NCBI GenBank assembly: GCA_964016885.1 | Contig: OZ024741.1 | Coordinates: forward strand, 354,578,001 to 354,642,000 | Source: Eledone cirrhosa | Taxonomy: Eukaryota | DNA length: 64,000 bases | Direction: 5' to 3' | Shown: positions 48,708 through 60,386 of the stretch, one piece after another | Layout of the letters: each line of letters opens with the position of its first letter | Position numbering within the stretch: the first letter of the stretch is position 1 | The notes under the pieces: model-generated | Seen by the model: only the letters and a program-made list of their open reading frames with translations | Told to the model about the DNA's origin: nothing | Databases searched by the model: none | Program-made: the position numbers and the translations under genes

Positions 48708-51497
48708 TGCCCGTGGTGGAAGTCTTCGTGAGGGGAAAGCCACAGCGAGCCCTCGTGGACACGGGCTGTACGACGACACAGGTGACCGCGGGGGTGGCGC
48801 AGAGGTGGAGAGGGAAGAGCAGCGTAAGGGCAGTCGACGACAGGAAAATTGAATGCCGAGGTCGCAGCGAGATGGAAATAGCGGTACGGGAAAGGAAAAT
48901 AAGGCTTTCTGCCATCGTAGTAGACAGCGTGGTGGATGGGATCGGCGTGGTTATGGGCATGGACGCAATTGGCCGTCTAGGAGGCGTCACAGTGAACAAC
49001 GTCGGTGTGTCGTTTGGCGCCGCTGCATCGGTATGCGCTGTGAGTGCGCGACAGGAGAACCAGAAGGCCCACGAGGAGAAATACCCCGCTTACACTGTGC
49101 AGGACAAAGACTTCAAGGCCGTGTTCGATGGGCAGCGATGGGTTTTTGAGTGGTACTGGAAGGGAGAACCACCAACACTGAAGACCAAAGTGGGCTGCTA
49201 TCAACACACATTGAAGGGAAACATTAGGAGCGAGTTCGAGCGAGAGGTAGAGAGATGGATTGAAGAGGGCATACTGCTTCCCTGGAAAGAGGAGGTGAAG
49301 TGCGGAGTATTGCCGTTAATGGCGGTGGCGCAACCCACGAAGAACAAGGTGAGGCCGGTGCTGGACTTTTGGGAGCTGAACGAGCACGTGTCATTCCACA
49401 CGGGTGGTGAGGTCACGGATGTCTGTGGGGAAACCCTGCGTGAGTGGAGACGCATGACGGGGGTTCAGCAATCGTAGATCTAAAGTCGGCATACTTGCAA
49501 TTGCATATAGATGAGAAGCTCTGGCAGTATCAGCTGGTCAGGTATAAGGGCCGGACATATTGCCTGACCAGGCTCGGTTTCGGGCTGAGCTCCGCCCCGA
49601 AGATCATGGCGGCGGTCCTCAAGACCATTCTGGGAAGGCCGACAAGATGAAGAGGGCCACTAACTCCTATATTGACGACATCCTAGTGGACGAGTCTGTG
49701 GTGTCGGCGGCGGAGGTCACGAGCCATTTACAGAGGTATGGACTGGCTGCGAAGCCGTCAGAAGCGTTGGAGGGAGGAGCTGCACTGGGACTTAGGCTAC
49801 GGCGAGACAGGACGGGCGTCTTGGTATTGAAGAGGGGAAATGAAGTTCCAGAACTGGGCTCAAGTATGAGTAGGCGGGAGCTTTTCTCGGTGTGTGGAAA
49901 GTTGGTGGGTCACTACCCGATTGCTGGGTGGCTCCGGACGGCATGCAGCTATGTCAAGAGACGAGCGGGAGGAGTGACAGAGTGGAAGAGAGGACGGTGG
50001 CCATGATGCAGGAGATCGTGGGGGAGGGTGAAGGCCGACGACCCAGTGCGGGGACGCTGGTATGTTCCCAAATCACAGAGCGGGACCGTATGGTACAATG
50101 CCAGCAGCATAGCGCTGGGTGTCACGTTGGAGATAGGAGGTGTTGAGGTCGAGGATGCAGCCTGGCTTAGGAAGAAGGACGACTGCAACCACATCAATGT
50201 GGCCGAGTTGGACGCAGTGTTGAGAGGGGTGAACCTCGCTCTGAGGTGGAGACTGCGCACCATCGAGATACGCACCGACTCGGCTACTGTACTCGGATGG
50301 GTGAGATCAGTGCTCACCAGTGAGAAGAGAGTGCGAACGAGAGGGGCGGCGGAGATGCTGATAAAGCGCCGCCTGGGAACTTTAGGAGAGCTGGCCACCG
50401 AGTTCGACCTGAGGCTGAGCGTAGTTTTCGTGCCCTCAGACAAAAATAGGGCGGACATCTTAACTAGGGTGAAGAAAGCCTGGATGGAAGCGCCGGAGGA
50501 AGTAGAAGATGAGATAGCTGCCGTGTGTCGGCTGACCGAGTCGGATCTGAAAGGGTTGCATGACATGCACCACATGGGAGTGGATAGGAGCCTATTCCTA
50601 GCCAGGAGAATCGACTCGAACGTTAACAGACACAGTGTTCAAAGGGTGGTTAGAGGCTGCGTCCGATGTCAGTCCATTGATCCCGCCCCGGGTGTACACG
50701 AAACGGGAAGCCTCCCGGTGGATCGCGTCTGGAAGCGATTGGCGGTGGATGTAACGCACTACCGACAGGGAACGTACCTCTCGATGGTCGACTGTGGACC
50801 AGGACGGATGGCGATATGGAGGGAGATGAAGACTGGAACGGCCGAGGAAATCATGCGGACGTTGAGAGAGGTGTTCTTGGAGCGGAGCCCTGTGGACGAA
50901 CTGTTGATGGACAACAGCGGAGCGTTCCGCTCGGAGGCGCTGAGGGAGATGCTCGATGGATGGAAGGTGGACCGTTTCTTCAGAGCAGCGCACAGGCCGA
51001 GCGGGAATGGAATTGTGGAGCGACACCACCGGACGATCAAGGCAATGGCGGAGCGGGGCCATATCTCACCAATGGAGGCAGTGTTCTGGTACAACATGTC
51101 CCCTCGGGTGGGACAGGTCGAGGAATCGGTGCCACACAGAGCAGTATTCAGATACGAGTGGCGGCACCCGTGCACGCCACCACAACGGCCAGTGGGGAGA
51201 GAGAGTGCATTCGTGCATGTGGGCGAAGAAGTCTGGGTTAAGCCCCCAGATGCACGTTGCACATCTCAATGGGGAAGGGGAACGGTGACGGCCATAAATT
51301 CTCAGAACAATGTGTCCGTGGACGGAGTGCCACGTCATGTCCTGGATGTCCGTAGAATCACTGTGTCAACGGACTCCGAGGAAGAGGAAACCCAAAGTGC
51401 TGCCCCAACACTGCGGAGATCGCAAAGAAGTCGTAAATCACCAACCTGGACAGCAGACTTTCATATGCATAAGGACGAGGGGGAAATTGATCCTTGA
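48650..51497 (+). CDS. pol: Pol (protease, RT, RNase H, integrase), broken by about 4 frameshifts
   Basis: ALVDTGC; VRPVLDF, VDLKSAYLQ, LGFGL, YIDD; HIN.AEL.A, RTDS, N.AD.L; H..HH...C..C, AVD, MDN, GNG.VER.H. Confidence 0.92.
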
Positions 51498-51823
51498 GAT
51501 CAGGGGGGCGTGTGGGTATGGTGTGGCGTGCGGTGGCCGGAAGCGGGAGAGTGCTCGACCGGAAGGGCCAGCAGATGGCCCTCTCTAGTGGTGACCAGCA
51601 ACGGTGTGGACGCGAGTTTTGGCAGCTCCCGGTGTTAAGCAGTTGGACGCACGTGGAAGAGGAGAGACCAGCAGTGGAATTTAGCGGTGCCTATGAAAAG
51701 CGGTAAGTGAGATAGCTTTTTCTAACCACACTCGGTATGGTGAACTAACTGTTGTGTAACCACTTCTATATAAATATATATATACTGTATATATATATAT
51801 ATACACATATATATTTATGTGTG

Positions 51824-51921
<98 letters not shown>

Positions 51922-51938
51922 CGCGCGTGCGTGCGCGC

Positions 51939-51978
<40 letters not shown>

Positions 51979-52793
51979 CTAAGGCCGTCAATTGCCTTTA
52001 ACTTGAACATAAATTCATCTAGAACAAACTAATGCTATCCACGAACTCAAGTATAAGTAGTCCATAAACCTACATTCGATCTCACCCACTACATCCACAA
52101 CGCACTAGGAAAAGGAAAAATCACACACGTTCTTCAAAACTCAATCGCAACCCTCCCGGCAAAGCAACCACCAACCTGTACCAATTAATGGTATAGGGAT
52201 GGCGGACGTCATCTGGCTTCCGCCGTCGTATTACGTAGTTTCTAAAATAATCAGCAGTGACCACGACCCCATTGCGTAATTTGCCATAGATAATCAGGGA
52301 ACAACCAGAAATATTCGCAGCCCACAAACCACTAACGAACCTGATCAGATATGCATACATTTACCTAAATAAACCACAAACTCCATAGCCAGAACCTAAA
52401 CCGATCAAACATAAACACTGGAATCACCGCTTAACCCAACCTGAAACATATCCCGATTCAATTAACGGAGTGAACCTACAGGCTGAACAAATATTAATTC
52501 ACACTTAACAATACGACACCCCTATCACATTAACAAACCATAGAAAAAGCCCACATATTAACTATAAACATAATTTCAAATCACAAAACAGATTAAAATA
52601 AGCCCAGATAACGCGAAATAACATGAAGAAAAAATGCAGAAGGTGGTCAAAGAAGTCTAGAGATGCAGTTGTCTGTTCATCTTCAGTAATTATTTTTCTG
52701 TGCGCATTTTTTTGCTAATATTATATATATATAATATGCAAATCGGGCCGATCAGTCACTGCATATTCCAGAAAATATCATAGATTTTCACTA

Positions 52794-52893
52794 GCTCTGA
52801 CAGTTGGCAGGTAAACAGTATACAGTACTGATGAAGGGTAATAACCCAGAAACATTAGAGTCTGCCGCTCTGTTTATATGCCAACACAAGAGC
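52794..52893 (+). ncRNA. Type I hammerhead ribozyme with long bulged stem I
   Basis: CTGATGA-a-gggt aata accc-a-GAAA-c attaga g-TC; stem I pairs gctct/agagc, gttggca/tgccaac and taaacag/ctgttta; proximal stem I imperfect. Confidence 0.7.
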
Positions 52894-53009
52894 AAGAATG
52901 ACGGTCATCCTACTCACATGGTTTAAGAGGCTGTTTGCATAATTGCAAATGATTCGAATATTATTATTAATATTCGAAAAATTCAGATTTACATTTCTTG
53001 TATTCAGCC

Positions 53010-53063
<54 letters not shown>

Positions 53064-53114
53064 GGCTGGGGTGACGTGGTCAGCAGTAAATTTTTACTAA
53101 ACTATTATTCGACC

Positions 53115-53430
53115 GGAGGCGAATAGGCAGTCATTAGAACGACGGATAGAATGCTTTGCGGAATTCATTTCGAATTTCTGCCCTCTTTGAATTCAAATCC
53201 TGCCAGGGTCAACTTTGCTTTTCATCTTTATGAGGTTCATAAAAAAGTATCAGTTTAGTACCGGGGTCGAGTCTTCCTCTATATCTCTTTCTCACTTTCT
53301 TTCTCTCAACCTCTCCTTCTTTCTCTGGAAGAAACCAACCGTGTTCAGACCTGGAGAGGAAATGAGTTCTGCCAGCTTTTAAAGTGCCCAAGACAGGTCA
53401 TATGTCACGATGGTTCTTGTATGACTCCAC
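53115..53430 (+). mobile_element. SINE variant; related copy 62385-62690
   Basis: Same head/core as the main SINE plus shared tail tcttcctctatatctcttt...gtgttcagacctggaga...ttaaagtgcccaagac. Confidence 0.7.
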
Positions 53431-53639
53431 ATGGAGCTACAGGTCAATATATACATTCATTTTTTTTACTCCCAGACGCACCCATTCTTTTTACATTATT
53501 TATGACTCGTGAAAAAAATAATAGACATAATAATTTTATACATCATTTTCCTATAAATATATTATGTCTATTTTTGAAATATCAAAGGAAAAATATGAAC
53601 AAATTAAAATGAGCTCGTTCGATGAATAGTGTAAAACAT

Positions 53640-54070
53640 TTCCCTTTCTCTAATAGGAAAATATCTTCCGAACGATACATTCCCAAAACTATTCAACAAA
53701 ACCCTTATTAATGTGAGCTACAACTACGCGAAAAGCATGTCTAATGCCACTATAAGCCACAATGCAAACATACTGCAACTAAACACAGAGCAGAGACAGC
53801 CAGCATACAATTGTCGAAATATACAGCTTCAATCCCAAAGAGAAAATGCCTAGAAAATTGTATTGTATACGTAGATGACGTTTCCACAGCAACATATCAG
53901 CAAGTTACACGGAGCTTCTAGAACACACTTTCAGGAGTTGCAAGCGCCATTGTAGCAGATCGTTCCATTATCAGCACCTGGAAAATATGACACTTTAAAA
54001 GCACATTTCGAAATAGAGATACAAAGGAGAGACCACCAATATTCCATGTGCAGTATTAAATAAGGCATAT
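53640..54070 (+). mobile_element. Decayed Naiad-type PLE linker + GIY-YIG fragment
   Basis: Manual translation: KLFNKTLINVSY...M......HNANIL, YNCRN, KCLENCIVY, SYTELLEHTFR.....SF; stops and frameshifts. Confidence 0.7.
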
Positions 54071-54760
54071 ATATTTTTAACGAAGGGTATTAGTAAGTAA
54101 TTTATATAGAATGGTTATATGTGGTTATTAGTTGATATGATAATAACAAAGTTGTTAGAGTAAATAACATGAATAATAAGAATAAATGTAATAACGAGAA
54201 TATAAAGAATACATGATTTGGTTTATATATGGTTTACTTCACGTGAACCAATTAAAAAGTACATATAAAACAGTTACCAAGAGTTGTTAATTTTGTTATT
54301 GTTGTTGATGTTATTGTTGTTGATGTGAAAACAGCGAGCAAACAGATAATGTTGTTGTTGTTATTTGGAGTCCGTGGTAGTAATTCTGAGACCGTAGTGA
54401 GTGAGAGAGAGTTATGGTTTGTATACCTCTGAATGGTCTGTAATTGGTTGTAGACCACTGTGGCTTGTACATGGTCTGTAGTAGTAGGCCTCCAATCTCT
54501 CTGTGTGTATCTGTAGACCTCATGGGGTCTGTTGATAGTGGTGAATCTTTCACATAGCTTGTTCTGTAGTGGGGTGGTCCGATGTCTCTATTTCTGTAGA
54601 CCACTGGGGTCTGTTGATAGCAGTGAATCCTTACATAGTTAGTTGCTAGCGTAATGCTCCGATGTCTCTGGCTAAAGTGGGATGGTACAGGCTCTATATA
54701 TAGCTGTCACTTCCTGTCTCCCAACTTGAGGGGATAGCCAACGCATCAACCTGTCTACAC

Positions 54761-56439
54761 CACAGGTTCTCAACCCATTTAGGCCAAACGCCTTTTGTCC
54801 CTCGAAATCACGAAACGCCCCCCCCCCCCCCCCTCATATTTTTCCATTTTACTGATTTTGATATCAGTGGATTACTGAAAAATTAACAATATTCCAAAGA
54901 TACCATTGCAGGCAGCTGAGAGTATAAAGACATTCCTTGAAAAGAAATATATAAATTTCAAAAAAAGGAACATAAATGTTCTTTTTTATGAATAAGGACC
55001 AGTTGAATTTGTTATATTCCCACCAGGCGTTACCAGCTATTTTGAACATTTATACAAGAGCAACTCTGTCTATCCCAAGAGTGTTCTTATCTGGAAGAAA
55101 GTGGCAATTATATCATTTCAAAGCTTTCCAATTTTCTCTTTAATGAAACGGACAGAATAAATGTTGATATCTAACTTGATGTCCCCTCTGCTTTGTGAGC
55201 TTAGAGACCACGGAAGAGGGTTTTCATGACCACGCGGGAGGGCATATTTATTAGTAAATGGTAAATTATTCTCTCATGTTGTCTTGTAGCGCACGGAGGT
55301 GAGTGGTATAAATTTGGAGTTGGTCATCGCTTACAATGTTTTAAACATTGACGACACTAGGAAAATGATAGAATTCCCGTCAACAAAGATTCCTTTCGAT
55401 GACATTCAATTTGGCCAGGAATGTTTTCACAGCATTCCTTGCTTTAAGCAAGGTGATCTTCCCCTGCAAAGCCAAAATGACGCTATTGCATTTGTCGAAG
55501 ATGTCGGTGAGGTAGGGTTTTCTTGTACAGTTCTGTGTTGCGTCCTCGCAGAAACTCAATGATAGAGTCGAAGAGTTCAAAGAAGTGAGTAAAGCACTTG
55601 CCCTTTGAAAGCCACCTCACTTCAGTATGAAGGAGCAACTTGATGAATTCTTCGTCATTACCTTGGCACAGTTGCCGGAAAATTCGTTCATTGAGGGAAT
55701 GCCGTTTGATAAAATTGATGACATCAATGGCCACCTGCAAGGACTTGTTCAGCGGCTTGCTGAGTTTCTTCGCAGCCAAGTGTTGTCGATGAATGACACA
55801 ATGAACAGCAAATACAGATAGATTTTCTCTCTTCAGAAGAATGACGAAACCCTTATGTTGGCCGACCATTGCTCTTGCGTCGTCCGTAGCACATGATACA
55901 ATGTGTATTGTATGTGGTCCTAGATGTATGTATTACCTGCTTATGTATTGCATGTGGTCCCAGCTGTATGTATTACCTGCTTGTGTGTTGTATGAGGTCC
56001 TAGATGTATGTATTACCTCCTTATGTGTTGTAGGCGGTCCTAGATGTATGTATTACCTGATTATGTGTTGTATGTGGTCCTAGATGTATGTATTACCTGC
56101 TTATGTGTTGTATGTGGTCCTAGATGTATGTATTACCTGATTATGTGTTGTATGAGGTCCTAGATGTTTGTATTACCTGATTATGTGTTGCATGTGGTCC
56201 TAGATGTGTGCTACCCGCTTCTGTGTTTTTTCTTTTCTTTTTTTTATTTGTAATATTATTTATACAATAGGGAATAAAATAGATCTACATAGTGTTAACT
56301 CGTTACGGTTGAGTCAATAATTTCACACATGAAATACATTGTTATCGGTGAAGGAAAGATAGTGTCCCTGACCCAGTTGACTGTGGGTTGTTCCATTTTT
56401 AGGATCTCAATATGCCCCCCCCCCCACTGAGAACCTTTT
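54761..56439 (-). mobile_element. Buster-type hAT transposon, internally deleted
   Basis: TIRs cacaggttctca / tgagaacctttt; 8-bp TSD gtctacac (nnnTAnnn); transposase remnant 55380-55895 with TD.A.AMVG..KGF, HCVIHRQHL, LLLHTEVRWLSKG, YL.DIF...N. Confidence 0.9.
55905..56215. repeat. 40-bp minisatellite (about 7.5 copies) inside the hAT element
   Basis: gtatgtggtcctagatgtatgtattacctg(c/a)ttatgtgtt repeated. Confidence 0.95.
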
Positions 56440-56820
56440 GTCTACACCAAAAGGGTGTTGACCTAGAATTTGACCTTTAGGTGTCACCCAAGGTTCAAGG
56501 CGCGGACAGATTTCGCTACACATTTTTGGACAGATCAAAATCGTGTGATCTCTGCATCGTTTATTCTATTATAATCTTGAATTAAGAGAACGAGATAATT
56601 TCAATTGATGGACACATGATCAAATTATTCCTTGAGAATTTCATGGAAGCAGCCCTACCCAAATGTATGGCAGCCGATAACCAACAATCTGCAACACTTA
56701 CACCACCTACGATCTTACTATTTTCAAACTCGTTGACGTGCACGGACGATTGGCTGAATGAAACCGTGGTTCATGAGAGTAATCCCTGATTATCTCACAT
56801 GAATTAACACACACACACGC

Positions 56821-56890
<70 letters not shown>

Positions 56891-57447
56891 ATTTAGAAAT
56901 CCAAGGTAATGCAGCTGAAGAAAGATTGAATATAAATAAGAAAATATTAAGCTTTTACCTAGAAACATTCAATAATTCGATATTTCGAGCAAAAATACTC
57001 TTTTCTTGAGACGCGAGGATAACAGGAGGACGTATATAGGTTCGTAACACTTTAAAGTCTGTATGCTGGGGAAAGACCGTTTACTGAGATGTGGAGAAAG
57101 AGAGGTTGTAAGTTGCATTGCACTGGGTATTTCTCAGGTTTTTTTTGTTAGAAATCTACCGTCAGTAGGTAAGGCTGGGACCACAAGTGTATGAGAAGGA
57201 AGTGGGACCGAATCTTGCATTATGCTGGGGTTGATGGGAATGGCTAGATTAACCAATTTACTTCGTTCAATGCGTTGATGGCTTGTTTATGTAGTCTGAT
57301 AGATATTTATCGATAACAACTAACAAGGTCAAACAATAACAACAACAATTTAGAGCAGGTTTGGGCTACTTTTTCTTCGTAGAGAGCCTTGTGAGATAGT
57401 GTTTAGTAGAAATTAGGTCACATTTAGAATAGAATAATTTAACAAGC

Positions 57448-57476
<29 letters not shown>

Positions 57477-57481
<5 letters not shown>

Positions 57482-57724
57482 TAATTTAATATATCAACTA
57501 ACATAAGCGCACAGATGCACGCCCATGCTAGCAAATACACAGGTTATGTCATAGTACCTAGGTGGTTCAATGCAGGAGAATGCAGAACAATAATATAAAA
57601 GACGTAAAATAAGAAAATATCTTTTAAAAAAAATTTTTTTAAAAATTTTTTTACTTACTTAAATTTAAGTAAGTAAAAAATTAAAAAAAAAAATTTTTTT
57701 TAAAAGATATTTTCTTATTTTACG

Positions 57725-57730
<6 letters not shown>
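57477..57730 (-). repeat. Hairpin-capped 3' fragment of the 59225-59840 element
   Basis: 57477-57665 is the reverse complement of about 59650-59840; 57598-57730 folds back on itself around aaattt. Confidence 0.9.
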
Positions 57731-57792
<62 letters not shown>

Positions 57793-57829
57793 GCATGCAG
57801 GCGCACACACACACACACATGTATACATG

Positions 57830-58282
57830 TAGAAAAGCTCAACCTTTATTCTCTCCAACGTCGCCGTGAGCGCTACATTATCTGCATGATGTGGAAAATA
57901 TTCCATCAGCTTTGCCCAAATAATGTTGGCATCACCTTTAATGTACACCCAAGGCTTGGGCCCCGTGCTACCCGCCCACGACAAAAATCTCACTCGCATC
58001 TCATAACAACAATACGGCACAATTATTTCACTTCAATTGGCCCTGCACTCTTTAACATTACACCAAAACACATCAAAACAGAAACAGACCCCATCAAGTT
58101 CAAGAAGTCTTTGGTCAAATTCCTTCAAGAAATCCCGGATATGCCTCCGTAAACAATAATTCTCTGCTCGAGTGAGCCATGGTGCCCAAACCCTGATTTG
58201 TAAGACTTCGCCAGGTGGTGCTATTAAGTTAGACATGGCCTGGGCCAATACTGGCCAAAACCTATCAAAGTTATCAAAGTTA
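57830..58282 (+). mobile_element. LINE 3' end, same family as 60387-61905
   Basis: GPALFNITPKHIK......FKKSL.KFL.EIPD.P plus 3' UTR ending (tatcaaagt)2; reverse-complement match to 60387-60600. Confidence 0.85.
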
Positions 58283-58301
58283 CACACACACACACACACA
58301 C

Positions 58302-58405
<104 letters not shown>

Positions 58406-58535
58406 GCAAAAGTTCTATTTAAATTGTTGGGATACAACAAGCAAACACATTTATAACTGATATAAAGCACTCGACAAGTAATTGGAGTAAATATACGATA
58501 TTAACAAATGGAAACTATATTTATAAAACCATATC

Positions 58536-58600
58536 TATTTTATTATACATATTTCAAGGATACCATGTTAAATTATGGTATGCCTTCATCAGACAAAATA
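58536..58600 (-). ncRNA. Type I hammerhead (mirror copy)
   Basis: Reverse complement of 58757-58821. Confidence 0.75.
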
Positions 58601-58756
58601 CAATATATACCAGTTTTATAAATAAATTTTAACATACCCTTTCAAAATGCAACCGTTACTTTTGGAAGACATCAAGATATCCTGATGTCTTCCAAAAGTA
58701 ACGGTTGCATTTTGAAAGGGTATGTTAAAATTTATTTATAAAACTGGTATATATTG

Positions 58757-58821
58757 TATTTTGTCTGATGAAGGCATACCATAATTTAACATGGTATCCT
58801 TGAAATATGTATAATAAAATA
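58757..58821 (+). ncRNA. Type I hammerhead ribozyme
   Basis: tattttgt-CTGATGA-agg c ataccat aatttaac atggtat cct-t-GAAA-tatgta-TA-ataaaata; 8-bp stem I, AUA site. Confidence 0.75.
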
Positions 58822-58875
58822 GATATGGTTTTATAAATATAGTTTCCATTTGTTAATATCGTATATATATACATA

Positions 58876-58956
<81 letters not shown>

Positions 58957-59161
58957 CGAAGGAAATGTGGTAAGGAACCAGGTGGACCATAACGCACCAA
59001 AGTACTCAATACTTAGGGTAGTAGAGTGGGTAATAGGAACGAGTAGGACCCCGACGGCTGAGCTCAAGCCGTTTTGACGGCTAATTCTGGAATTAGCCGT
59101 CGAAACGGCTTGAGCTCACCCGTCGGGGTCCTACTCGTTCCTATATATATATATACACATA

Positions 59162-59192
<31 letters not shown>

Positions 59193-59224
59193 AACATATG
59201 TATATATTATATATATATATATAT

Positions 59225-59834
59225 CTAGCATGGGCGTGCATCTGTGCGCTTATGTTAGTTGATATATTAAATTATCTATATTTATCTCCAAATCACTGAT
59301 TTGTCGAGCAAACTTGCCAAAACCACTTCTAAAAAAAGTTTTTTTGGGGTGTTAGTAGGCGTCAGTCATCTTACCATCCCATTCCTTCTAACTAGCCTCT
59401 ATGTCACGTGATTGATTCTTTAGAATCGGCCATTTGACTGGAAGCAGTGAGAATTTCGGTACATAGAATCCAGTCCTCGCCAGCTGTTCTATCTACCGAA
59501 TTATTATTATTTTTATATGAGCCGCCAGTGTCCGCGCATTGCCTGGAGACTTAACTGAGAATAGACTCCCTGATGACGCAATGAATTCTCGACAGTTGAA
59601 TTACGTAACTGTCTTTATCCCATTGCAGAAACTAATTAGTTGGAGTGAAAATTTAAGTAAGTAAGTAAAAAATTTTTTAAAAATTAAAAAAAAAAATATT
59701 TTCTTATTTTACGTCTTTTATATTATTGTTCTGCATTCTCCTGCATTGAACCACCTAGGTACTATGACATAACCTGTGTATTTGCTAGCATGGGCGTGCA
59801 TCTGTGCGCTTATGTTAGTTGATATATTAAATTA

Positions 59835-59840
<6 letters not shown>
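59225..59840 (+). mobile_element. Non-coding partial-tandem element with hammerhead (retrozyme/pLTR-like)
   Basis: 56-bp direct repeat at 59225-59280 and 59785-59840 (560-bp period), embedded in (TA)n. Confidence 0.75.
59565..59646 (+). ncRNA. Type I hammerhead ribozyme with extended stem II
   Basis: actcc-CTGATGA-c-gcaatg[..gacagtt gaattacgt aactgtc..]cattgc-a-GAAA-ctaattag-TT-ggagt; palindromic stem III, GUU site. Confidence 0.8.
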
Positions 59841-59877
<37 letters not shown>

Positions 59878-59904
59878 GGATATATTATATATATATATAT
59901 ATAT

Positions 59905-59948
<44 letters not shown>

Positions 59949-59997
59949 TATGTGTATATATATATATATATAATATATACATATGTGTATATATATA

Positions 59998-60066
<69 letters not shown>

Positions 60067-60133
60067 TGATGAGCAGATTAAACAATCCTTTCAATAAATT
60101 AAAAAATAATTTAAATATCTACCTGTTCATAAT

Positions 60134-60212
60134 GCTATTACCGGCGGTTTCCACCCCCAAAAGATTGGAAATTCGGAGAATTTCCAACGGAAAGTAGATT
60201 TCTTCAGATAGC
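60134..60212 (-). ncRNA. Variant type I hammerhead ribozyme
   Basis: Minus strand: gctat-CTGAAGA-aatc-tactttc cg ttggaaattc tcc gaatttccaa tctttt gggggtg-GAAA-cc gcc gg-TA-atagc; GUA site. Confidence 0.6.
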
Positions 60213-60303
60213 TATTTCCATTCTATAGGACATTTGTCCCACGGTCAGCAAATATAATGCTAACTACCAGCACGTATGGGCTATAGTATATATATATATA
60301 TGT

Positions 60304-60385
<82 letters not shown>

Positions 60386-60386
60386 A

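Larger units (their letters stand above)
47563..51730 (+). mobile_element. Ty3/gypsy LTR retrotransposon, near full length
   Basis: LTRs 47563-47814 and 51511-51730 (TG...CA; 3 substitutions plus a 32-bp difference in copies of a 16-bp tandem unit); purine-rich tract before the 3' LTR; order gag-PR-RT-RH-IN. Confidence 0.97.
58491..58866. repeat. Near-perfect 376-bp palindrome
   Basis: Centre gacatca-agatatcc-tgatgtc at about 58678. Confidence 0.95.

Noticed and set aside
56725-56780. GAAA-ccgtgg-TT resembling a hammerhead 3' half
   Set aside because: CUGANGA box missing; at most a decayed relic.
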